Positions 8,996-16,312 of a DNA stretch of 18,320 nt are shown here, in pieces. Positions within the stretch are counted from its first letter, which is position 1. Each line of letters opens with the position of its first letter. The notes beneath the pieces were generated by a model. The model had not been told where the DNA came from. It ran no database searches and saw nothing but the letters and a program-made list of their open reading frames with translations. The translations under genes and the position numbers were made by a program. Source of the stretch: Alphaproteobacteria bacterium (GTDB taxonomy: Bacteria > Pseudomonadota > Alphaproteobacteria > UBA7887); assembly GCA_965216755.1 (NCBI GenBank), contig CBDCGL010000010.1, positions 1 through 18,320 on the forward strand, in the 5' to 3' direction.

Positions 8996-9360
8996 GCGAC
9001 AGCGTGCGTCACAAGGACGCACGCACCTGCCGCAATCGCCTGCGTGGGTGCACCTGCACCGGCGTATTGCGTCGGCCCGACGGGACGAAACACCCGATCG
9101 CACAGCACGGTCGCGACTCCGCGCCCACTGCGATCGCTCGCCCGTCCGGGCGAAACGCCATGATCCCCTCTGTCCCGTGCGAATCGCACATCCCTGTGCG
9201 AGACGCGGGGGGCGGGGTCATGGCCGGCGGCGACACGGTTGAATGCTGCAGTCACCGCCGCGTGCTGGCAAAATCGGCAGGGTCCGGACCGCGCATCTGC
9301 GGGATCCGGACGGAGCCGGTTTTGCACCGGCCGGCAGGGGTTCGATGCCCCAACGGCCGG
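8996..9360. other. Dense array of stem-loops between the relaxase start and oriT
   Basis: Stems at 9002-9010/9016-9024, 9158-9167/9214-9223, 9184-9190/9195-9201, 9268-9278/9315-9325, 9282-9288/9305-9311 and 9327-9333/9354-9360. Confidence 0.7.
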
Positions 9361-9374
9361 AACCGGAGGCGCAC

Positions 9375-9408
9375 GGGTTTGTGAAACAAACCCAAAAGTG
9401 CGCCCTCC
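9375..9408 (+). promoter_or_regulatory. oriT: MOBQ-type origin of transfer, predicted nick between 9402 and 9403 on the + strand
   Basis: GGGTTTGT-GAA-ACAAACCC perfect 8-bp hairpin followed by AAAAGTGCG^CCCT, the same layout as the RSF1010/R1162 oriT. Lies between divergent mobA and mobC-like genes. Confidence 0.9.
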
Positions 9409-9650
9409 ATCTATGCTCCCACGCTAACCTTTAAGATAGGGTTACCATAACGCACAACCAAGGGCTGCACGCACAGACACCGTCATCGCCCCAAGCACAG
9501 CATTCGCAAGGCATATATTCCCTGTGCCGTTTCTTGCACCGCCAACGACAAGCCAGGTGCGGGCAGGGAGCAGGTGGCTCTGACCTTGGGTCTCGCCGCA
9601 GCATACCCTATCTGTGAGACACCGATAACGAAACTGGAGCGGATGGGATC

Positions 9651-9923
9651 ATGACCGACGAACTGGAACGTCTGCTCGCCCGCAAGCGCGACCTCGAAGG
9701 CAAAGTGCGGGCGGTCCAGGCACGAGAACGGGCCAAACAAAAGAAACGTGACGCGCGGCGCGCTTTGATCGCCGGCCGTGCCGTGCTCAAAGCTGCGGCG
9801 AGCGACCCGGCCTTGTCGGATCAGATTGCTGCGGTGTTGGATCGCACGCTCGACAACAAGCGCGAGCGCGCCCTCTTCGATCTCGCACCACGTCCGGTTG
9901 ACGCCACGGAAGGGCAGGGGTAG
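9651..9923 (+). CDS. MobC/MobS-like relaxosome accessory protein
   Basis: 90 aa with the RE...KKRDARRALIAG.AVL...LDRTL...RERALFDL pattern of MOBQ accessory proteins; divergent from the relaxase across oriT. Confidence 0.82.
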   Translation: MTDELERLLARKRDLEGKVRAVQARERAKQKKRDARRALIAGRAVLKAAASDPALSDQIAAVLDRTLDNKRERALFDLAPRPVDATEGQG

Positions 9924-9956
9924 CGTCCGGGTGTTGCGGCGGACGCACCATTTTTT
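9923..9956 (+). terminator. Possible intrinsic terminator after the mobC-like gene
   Basis: GCGTCCG (9923-9929) pairs with CGGACGC (9941-9947), followed by ACCATTTTTT. Confidence 0.4.
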
Positions 9957-10000
9957 GGTGCGGCACGATCGGCCCAGATCCTCCCAACGTCTGCGGCAGG

Positions 10001-10035
10001 CCCGGTCTGCAGTACCTAACGCGCTGCAGACCGGG
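10001..10035. terminator. Perfect 12-bp stem between convergent genes
   Basis: CCCGGTCTGCAG (10001-10012) and CTGCAGACCGGG (10024-10035). No clear U-tract, so function is uncertain. Confidence 0.45.
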
Positions 10036-10074
10036 GGCGATGACGGCGCCAAGGCCGCCACCGCCCGCTTGGAC

Positions 10075-10284
10075 CTACGCGACCTTATTGGGGTAGAGCG
10101 TGAAGCCGTCCGACACCACTTGGGTGCCGTTGAGCTTCACATAGATCGCCCCTTTTTCCGGGTCGAGCCAAGCCGCCCCAATGCGCTCATAGACCGCGCG
10201 CCGGCCTTCGCCGTAGCGGATCTTGGCGACATGGGTCGGCTGTTTGCGCTCCCCGTCGGTCGATGTGTTTTGGTTGAAGTCCAT
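10075..10284 (-). CDS. Small beta-rich protein, DUF736-like, candidate ssDNA-binding protein
   Basis: 69 aa from ATG 10284 with strong RBS AGAAAGGA. YERIGAAW...G.IYVKL motif; the function is inference. Confidence 0.72.
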   Translation of the reverse strand: MDFNQNTSTDGERKQPTHVAKIRYGEGRRAVYERIGAAWLDPEKGAIYVKLNGTQVVSDGFTLYPNKVA

Positions 10285-10300
10285 GGTATTTTCCTTTCTG

Positions 10301-10540
10301 TTGGTGGCCTGGGACCATCCCGGGCCTTGACGCGCGGCCGCCCGCCGAAGCGCCGGCACAGGGGTCAGCATGTTTTGTGGGGGACCGTTAGCGGGCTTTA
10401 GGCGGCCCCCGCCGCCTTAGGCCCGATTGCGGGTAAAACATGTTGATGCTGCCGCCGGGGCTTGGGCAGGCTCGCGTGACAGATAGGACCGGGTGGTTCC
10501 CAGGTTGAAGTGGCAGGACAGAACAAAACCAGGCCACCAA
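10301..10540. promoter_or_regulatory. Long imperfect hairpin upstream of the 10284 gene, candidate ssDNA (Frpo-like) promoter
   Basis: Nested stems at 10301-10312/10529-10540 (perfect 12 bp), 10308-10323/10489-10504, 10365-10376/10435-10446 and 10392-10406/10411-10425. Confidence 0.62.
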
Positions 10541-10861
10541 AACCAGACCGACTGATCGCGTGCCGGCGCCGCCCTTGGCTGCAAATAGACGCGGCGACCA
10601 GGCCCATGGCGCCCGCGTCATGGCGGCCAAATTGGGGCAGGGGGCTGATCCGGAATAAGGTGTGATCTTGGGTCGCAACGGCACGGGATCGGCCCGTCGT
10701 ATGCGAACCATTCGCAGGGCTCCAAGTCGGGTGGGCGGCCTGCCGTCATCGGTCCCGGCCGTCTATTGCCGCTGCACAACCGGAGCACCACCTGTTAAAC
10801 CTGACTGTTGCCGCCCAAACCATGCGCGACTCTGGCGGACCAGGGCAGGGGAGGCGTCACG

Positions 10862-12382
10862 GTGCTCGATGACATTCCACGCGGTGTGCCGCAGCGCGGT
10901 GGTCGCGACACCCGACTCGAAGATCACATCACCCCGCGCGCGCAATTCCGCGGCGTTGACAAAATCCGTGACGCGCGCTCCCTTCGTCATGCCGGCAACA
11001 AGATCTTTCTGGGTGTGATCGATGGCACGGTCGAACGGCGGCGATTGCCCGACGGCCGGGCCGAGCGCTATGTCACCGGCGGCCAGCCGATCGGCAGTGC
11101 CGATGACCGCCATGCCATGTTGGTCGCCGGGTCACGTTCGGGCAAGGGCCGCTGTGTGGTCATCAACACCCTGCTTGACTACCAAGGCTCCGTGCTTGCC
11201 ACTGATCCCAAGGGCGAGCTCGCCAACATCACCGCCCGCCGCCGGGCCGAACAGTTGGGGCAGGGGGTCCATGTTCTCGATCCCTTCGCCATCACCGCCG
11301 CACCCATCCGCGATTATCGCTGCGGCTTCAATCCCCTCACCATCCTCAATCCCGAGAGTCCGACCCTCATCGAAGACGCCGGTTTGATCGCCGATGCCTG
11401 TGTCATTCCGGGGGGTGGCGACGTCCATTGGGATGACGCCGCCCGCAATTGGATCGAAACCCTCATCCTCCACGTCGCCACTTGGCCTGCTTACGAAGAC
11501 GCCCGGACCTTGGTGACCGTCCGCGAGCTGTTGATGCGCGGCGCGCCCTACGAGGGCAAACGCAGCTTCCACGCGTTGCAGGCCGAAATGGAAGACAATG
11601 ACGGGGCCGGCGACGCGGTGCCTGAAGGCGCCGCCGATTTCTTTGACAAGCCCGATGATGAACGCGGCTCGGTCCTATCGACCGCCCGCCGTCATTTGAA
11701 GTTCTTGTCTTACCAAGCGATCGCCGACGTGGTCTCGAGCCATGGCGTCGATCTCGAAGACCTCAAATACACGCCGACGACCATTTATCTGGTCTTGCCG
11801 GCCATGCGCCTTGGCACCTGCAATCGCTGGTTCCGCCTGTTTGTCAATCTCACTTTGGCCGCGCTCGAGAAAGTGCCCACCAAACCTGATCCGCCAGTCC
11901 TTCTGTGTCTCGATGAATTTCCGGTGATGGGTCATCTCAAAACCATAGAAGATGCGGCCGGCCAGATCGCCGGCTTCGGGGTGCGCCTGTGGGCGATATT
12001 GCAGGATCTGGGGCAGCTCAAAGCCCTCTATCGCGATCGCTGGGAGACCTTTATGGGCAATGCCGGCTTGCTGCAGTTTTTTGGCAACAACGACACCTTT
12101 ACCCTCGAATGGATCTCCAAGCGCTTGGGCAAGACCTCCTTGATCGTCACCCGCCGCGCGGAAGTTGCCCGCGCCGCCCAGGACCGCCAGGGCATCCAAG
12201 GCGAATCTTGGTCGATTGAGGTCCAGGATCTGATGACCCTCGAAGAGGTCGCGCGCTATTTCGGCCGCGATGACCGCTTTTGTCGTCAGCTCATTATTCG
12301 CGCCGGTGACGATCCCATGATCCTGCAGCGGGCCAACTATGACAGCCACGCCCTGTTTGCTGGAAAGTTCGATGATCTCTGA
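10862..12382 (+). CDS. Type IV coupling protein (VirD4/TraG family) lacking N-terminal transmembrane helices
   Basis: HAMLVAGSRSGKGR (Walker A), TDPKGEL, FNPL, LLCLDEF (Walker B) and LQDLGQLKALY. GTG at 10862 follows GGAGG; the ORF track start is 10808. Confidence 0.92.
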   Translation: MLDDIPRGVPQRGGRDTRLEDHITPRAQFRGVDKIRDARSLRHAGNKIFLGVIDGTVERRRLPDGRAERYVTGGQPIGSADDRHAMLVAGSRSGKGRCVVINTLLDYQGSVLATDPKGELANITARRRAEQLGQGVHVLDPFAITAAPIRDYRCGFNPLTILNPESPTLIEDAGLIADACVIPGGGDVHWDDAARNWIETLILHVATWPAYEDARTLVTVRELLMRGAPYEGKRSFHALQAEMEDNDGAGDAVPEGAADFFDKPDDERGSVLSTARRHLKFLSYQAIADVVSSHGVDLEDLKYTPTTIYLVLPAMRLGTCNRWFRLFVNLTLAALEKVPTKPDPPVLLCLDEFPVMGHLKTIEDAAGQIAGFGVRLWAILQDLGQLKALYRDRWETFMGNAGLLQFFGNNDTFTLEWISKRLGKTSLIVTRRAEVARAAQDRQGIQGESWSIEVQDLMTLEEVARYFGRDDRFCRQLIIRAGDDPMILQRANYDSHALFAGKFDDL

Positions 12383-13118
12383 CGCGGCGACATCCCTATC
12401 CGAGATCGACAGCCTTGACGGCTGGCCGCCGACGGTACCGCTGCGCCCTGGCCCGGGCTACCGCGTGCGTGCTGGCTATTGGAGCCCGAGCTGGCGCAAC
12501 GTGATTGCGGAACTGCGCATCTATGGCTTCTACGGTCTTGGCCTTGTGTTCGCCGTCCTGTGGCTCAAATTTGGTGTCTTCGGCACCATCTTGGCCTGGA
12601 CCGCGGGCGAGACGTTTATTGTCGCCATAGCCGGCGCGGCCGGCGCTTTCATGGTCGCCTTGGTTGTCAATCAGTGGTTGGCCGGCTGGCGCGGTGGCTA
12701 TGGTTTGGCGCCCCGTGGCAGCCGCACCTTGGAGGTCGAGTTCACCCCCGGCGCCTTCCGGATCAAAGTCGCCGGCCAGTGGCAGTGCTTTGAGGCCACG
12801 GCCCCGCATCAGTTCCTCATCGCTACCCATCAAAAGGCGCGCGACGAAGCACGGGAAGAAGCGCGTGCCAAGCTCATCGGCGTCGCCCAAATCCCGGAAC
12901 ATTACCGGCGCGCCTTTCAGCTCTGGCTCGATTATGGTGAGCAGCGCATCGAACTGGCATCGATCGCCGATGAGGTCATTGCCCGCGCCATTGTGCGCCG
13001 CTTACAAAGTCTCGATGCCTTGGTTCGGGCACCCGTTGCCGTCGGCGCTCGGGCAGGGGCGGGTGATCACACGAATCCGGGCGCCGCGCCGACCGGGGCC
13101 CGGCCACCCATCGACTGA
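12372..13118 (+). CDS. Hypothetical membrane protein (two hydrophobic segments plus a soluble C-terminal domain)
   Basis: Start overlaps the coupling-protein stop by 11 nt. Hydrophobic segments FYGLGLVFAVLWLKFGVFGTILAW and FIVAIAGAAGAFMVALVV. Confidence 0.75.
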   Translation: MISDAATSLSEIDSLDGWPPTVPLRPGPGYRVRAGYWSPSWRNVIAELRIYGFYGLGLVFAVLWLKFGVFGTILAWTAGETFIVAIAGAAGAFMVALVVNQWLAGWRGGYGLAPRGSRTLEVEFTPGAFRIKVAGQWQCFEATAPHQFLIATHQKARDEAREEARAKLIGVAQIPEHYRRAFQLWLDYGEQRIELASIADEVIARAIVRRLQSLDALVRAPVAVGARAGAGDHTNPGAAPTGARPPID

Positions 13119-13130
13119 GACTGGCGAGCG

Positions 13131-13568
13131 ATGAAGCCGCAGGCCTCACCGGGACGTGCCGCCTTTATCGGCACCGGTGCACTCATGCTTGCCTGGTATC
13201 TCACCCCCGGGCCAGGCTCTTATTGGCAGCAGTGGGTGCTCGTCGCCATCCTGGTTCTGGGCGGCGTTCAAGCCCTGATCCTCGCCATCCAGAATAGCGA
13301 AGGCCGGCCATGGCCGCGGTTAGTCCCCGGAACCGGCATCGCCAATGTCGGCCGCGTCATCTGGTTTCTGCGTCCGCCGCTTTGGATCCTCGCCTGGGCG
13401 CTGATCTTCACCGCTGTCTATATCTATGGCACGCCCCATCTCAAGTGGAACTACAGCTACCGGCCCGGCAACAACATCTGTGACTATGTTGGTTTCAACG
13501 GCATCGAACGTGTTCAAGCCGGCTGGTCGGTCTGTCCGACCATCATGTGGTTGCCGATCAATTGGTGA
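13131..13568 (+). CDS. Hypothetical membrane protein with three hydrophobic segments and a two-Cys C-terminal domain
   Basis: 12 nt downstream of the previous gene. C-terminus GTPHLKWNYSY...CDYVG..G...CPTIMWLP. Confidence 0.75.
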   Translation: MKPQASPGRAAFIGTGALMLAWYLTPGPGSYWQQWVLVAILVLGGVQALILAIQNSEGRPWPRLVPGTGIANVGRVIWFLRPPLWILAWALIFTAVYIYGTPHLKWNYSYRPGNNICDYVGFNGIERVQAGWSVCPTIMWLPINW

Positions 13569-13717
13569 CCAATTGGGGGCTAACAATACGTGATCATGGA
13601 CCGGGATAAAGACGGGATGGCACCAATGGCCAGTTTGCGACGTTTGTGCCGCTCAGGCTGCCGCTTGTATCACCTCGGATATCGGCAGCGTACCGGACGA
13701 ACGGCGCCGGAATTTAC

Positions 13718-14995
13718 TTAGCAAGCATCGTCCGGTTCTGCCTCGTAGAAAAGGCCGTCATAGGCAAAGGCGCTCTTGATCGCCTCGCAATCAGCATCAC
13801 TGACACCGGCGCGGCGCATGGTCGAACGCCAGTGCTCACGGATTGTAGTGGTGATTCGCGCGAATATGGCTTCGGCGTCTTCTTTGCTTAGCAAGAAGCG
13901 GCCATGCGCGCTGAGCATGTTTATCTTGTTGGCATAGCGGCCATAGCGTCCACACGCCATGGCCAGATCGCGCCGCTCGATGGCGATCGTGGGCGTCGGG
14001 GTCAGATCGAAAGCGGGGCTCAACCGCCAGGCACGCGTTTTGGCAATGACCGCATGGTTGCGTGGGTGATCATCGATATTGGAGACGGCCGCGTTAAAGC
14101 AGATACGTGCAAACAGTTCCCTGAGATCGGCTTCGGGATCGGCGCTGACGCGGCGGATTTCATCGGCGAGCAGAAGATAGGACCAGGTCTCGCGCTCATT
14201 CGGGCTGTCTGCGGTTTGCAGCAACGTCAGCGCGCTGACCATGCGGTGTCGGCGGTAGCCGTTTTCCGCGGCATCGCGATCAAAGCGGCGAACCAGTAAC
14301 ACATCACGGCCGCCGACGGTCTCGATGCGGCTGTCGGCGGCATTAAGACCGCAGTCTTTGGCGAGCGTTAGCATCGCGTGTTCGACACGCGGATGACTCC
14401 AGCGATCATCATTGCGGTTGAACTTTGCCAGCCACAGACCGTGGTCGTCCTGCACCACCGCCTTGGGACGTGCACCACCCATCGATGTGCCAAGCAGAAG
14501 CAGTTCTTGTGCTTGGGCAGCTGCCTCGCCGGCGCGATCTGGTTGGTCAGCAATGATGGCATCCGCCGCGCGCTGGAGCTTATCAAGGTCGAGCGTGCGG
14601 TTGAATTTTCTTTGCGGGGCAGGGGGCGCGACACCGAGACCGAAGCCGAGCGCGCCGGCGCGGTCGTCCGGACCTTTCATCAGGTAGTCGAATTCTTCCA
14701 ACTCTGCGAACCCGGCATGTTTCTCGATGACCCGCCGTCCCCAGAAATCAGGCATCGCATCACGGATCGCCCCGAAGAAGCCATCCATGCGCGCCGTCTC
14801 GTAGACCTGGTTCGATAGGCGCAGTTCAACCGGATCGAGTTCGACCGCATCGGCCCGCTCCCGGTAGCGGCGCCCATAAACGAATGTGCCGACAAAGCCG
14901 GGGCTGACCGACTCCAGCCGGAACCGTCCGGCGGTCACGAATTCCGTAGCGCCGGGCGGCACGATATAGACGTAGCATTCGCGCTCAGAAGTCAT
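13718..14995 (-). CDS. hipA: HipA-family Ser/Thr kinase toxin
   Basis: N-terminal coupling subdomain (FVYGRRY...LDP...FGAIRDAMPDFWG), P-loop GTSMGGARPK, RRFDR, catalytic NIDDHPRNH and LSPAFDL. Confidence 0.93.
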   Translation of the reverse strand: MTSERECYVYIVPPGATEFVTAGRFRLESVSPGFVGTFVYGRRYRERADAVELDPVELRLSNQVYETARMDGFFGAIRDAMPDFWGRRVIEKHAGFAELEEFDYLMKGPDDRAGALGFGLGVAPPAPQRKFNRTLDLDKLQRAADAIIADQPDRAGEAAAQAQELLLLGTSMGGARPKAVVQDDHGLWLAKFNRNDDRWSHPRVEHAMLTLAKDCGLNAADSRIETVGGRDVLLVRRFDRDAAENGYRRHRMVSALTLLQTADSPNERETWSYLLLADEIRRVSADPEADLRELFARICFNAAVSNIDDHPRNHAVIAKTRAWRLSPAFDLTPTPTIAIERRDLAMACGRYGRYANKINMLSAHGRFLLSKEDAEAIFARITTTIREHWRSTMRRAGVSDADCEAIKSAFAYDGLFYEAEPDDAC

Positions 14996-15326
14996 CGCTC
15001 AATGTCCTTGGCGGTCCGGCCGTCTTCGGGCTGCGCGCGCGTTCCAGTGTCTTTCCTTCTTCGTCTCGGTCCGGGTCCGCGACCGCACGCATATCGCCCA
15101 GCAATCCCATGGCCCACAAAGCGCCGATATAGGCGGCGATACCGGTGCTCGGCTTGCCATGCTCAATGTCGGCCACGACGAAGCGCGAAACCCCGACACG
15201 CCGGGCCAATTCGTCCTGCGAGAGCTTCCGCCGTATTCTGGCCCTGCGGATGTTGCGGCCCAGCCGCTCCAGGGAGTCCTGGACGGCGGCGGGCGGGGCC
15301 TTGCTGATCTTGCTTGTGCGGGGCAT
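14985..15326 (-). CDS. XRE-family HTH protein, HipB-like antitoxin
   Basis: LGRNIRRARIRRKLSQDELARRVGVSRFVVADIEHGKP HTH; its stop overlaps the hipA start by 11 nt. Confidence 0.9.
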   Translation of the reverse strand: MPRTSKISKAPPAAVQDSLERLGRNIRRARIRRKLSQDELARRVGVSRFVVADIEHGKPSTGIAAYIGALWAMGLLGDMRAVADPDRDEEGKTLERARSPKTAGPPRTLSDDF

Positions 15327-15340
15327 GTTGTTTCTAATCT

Positions 15341-15451
15341 ACATTTATCAATCAAATATTGCTTCAAAACATCATTGCCTGGAATTCATCTGCCTGTCAA
15401 GCGCGACGCGCGAATTTTGTTGGCTTTAATTTACATATACGACTTAAATGT
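15341..15451. promoter_or_regulatory. Two candidate operators upstream of the HTH-hipA operon
   Basis: ACATTTA-N5-CAAATAT (15341-15359) and ACATATA-N5-TAAATGT (15433-15451) flank a minus-strand TTGACA at 15395-15400. Confidence 0.6.
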
Positions 15452-15721
15452 TGCCTGAACATATCATTTCGCTGGCTTAGCGCACCCTGCCTCGCCCGAG
15501 GCTCCGCAGGGCCGGACTCTCTTGAACCGAGCCCCTACGGCTCTCCGCCATCCGGCTTCGATCCCGCGCTCGATGGTCGGCACCGTAGCGGCCTGACTAC
15601 TCATCGATGGCGCAACTCATCTGAGCCGCCGGACGAAGACGTCACGTTGACCAAGGCGCTCAGCACAAAAGTGCGACAGATCGCGTCCCTGGCCGAGCGC
15701 CGCCGTCAGGGTTGGAGCCGG

Positions 15722-16132
15722 TCATCCACCGGTTCTTCTTTTCAAGGCTGCAGCGGCTTGTGCAAGGGCCTTTTCGTTGTCAGTGATCGCGCCCGCGCTG
15801 CGACTCGCTTCGGCGTAGACCGACAGCGGCCAATTTGCGACGAACCATTTGTCTCGCTCAACAGGAAGCCCGATGGTGCCACGAATGCTCTCGATTTCCG
15901 AGATTCGAACGGAACCAATTTCAGGACACTGCACGCCGAGATCGCAAAGACCGAAAGCAATGTCCGGTTCTTCGGGGTCGAGCTCTGTCAGCAACCAGGT
16001 CGCTGCCCCATCAGGGGCAAACAATTTCACGACGGGACAAAAATCGATCTCGTTTTTGGTACCGCGCACGGGATCCTGCTTGGCGCCGTTAGCCAGCAAA
16101 GTGTTCTGGATTTGTTTGGTCAATAGTTTCAT
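15722..16132 (-). CDS. DUF2958-like protein
   Basis: LLANG...PVVKLFAPDGAATWLLTELDP...AFGLCDLG..CPEIGSV.ISE...GLPVERD motifs recognised from the family; strong RBS AAAGGAG. Confidence 0.88.
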   Translation of the reverse strand: MKLLTKQIQNTLLANGAKQDPVRGTKNEIDFCPVVKLFAPDGAATWLLTELDPEEPDIAFGLCDLGVQCPEIGSVRISEIESIRGTIGLPVERDKWFVANWPLSVYAEASRSAGAITDNEKALAQAAAALKRRTGG

Positions 16133-16136
16133 GGTT

Positions 16137-16312
16137 CACTCCTTTTTGTTGGTGGTTTTCTTCAAACGCGGGAGTGAACAGCCGGCCGCATAAGGCGGCG
16201 GGTCAAGGCTCAACACGGCCGGCGCGCAGCGCCGGGTGGTGCGGGCGGGGCCTTGACGCGGCGGCGTGGCCGGCTACGACCCGTGATGATTGAAGAAACC
16301 GGCAGCGGAGTG
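16137..16312. promoter_or_regulatory. Long hairpin with embedded -35/-10 elements, candidate ssDNA (Frpo-like) promoter
   Basis: Stems at 16137-16142/16307-16312, 16157-16165/16290-16298, 16180-16189/16266-16275, 16202-16209/16250-16257 and 16219-16225/16229-16235. TTGACG (16253-16258)-N16-TACGAC (16275-16280) on the 3' arm. Confidence 0.72.

Noticed and set aside
9327-9360. tRNA gene suggested by GGTTCGA
   Set aside because: Only a T-arm-like hairpin; no recognisable D arm, anticodon arm or acceptor stem with CCA.
7385-9434. ORFs 7385-8272, 8319-9242, 8740-9327 and 9004-9384
   Set aside because: They overlap the relaxase or the structured oriT region and have low-complexity Arg/Pro/Ala-rich translations.
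15490-15570. Short imperfect hairpins downstream of the DUF2958-like gene as a third ssDNA element
   Set aside because: Stems are short and mismatched in GC-rich sequence; cannot be distinguished from chance by eye.
15359-16126. 255-aa plus-strand ORF
   Set aside because: Antisense to the well-supported DUF2958-like gene and lacks recognisable features.
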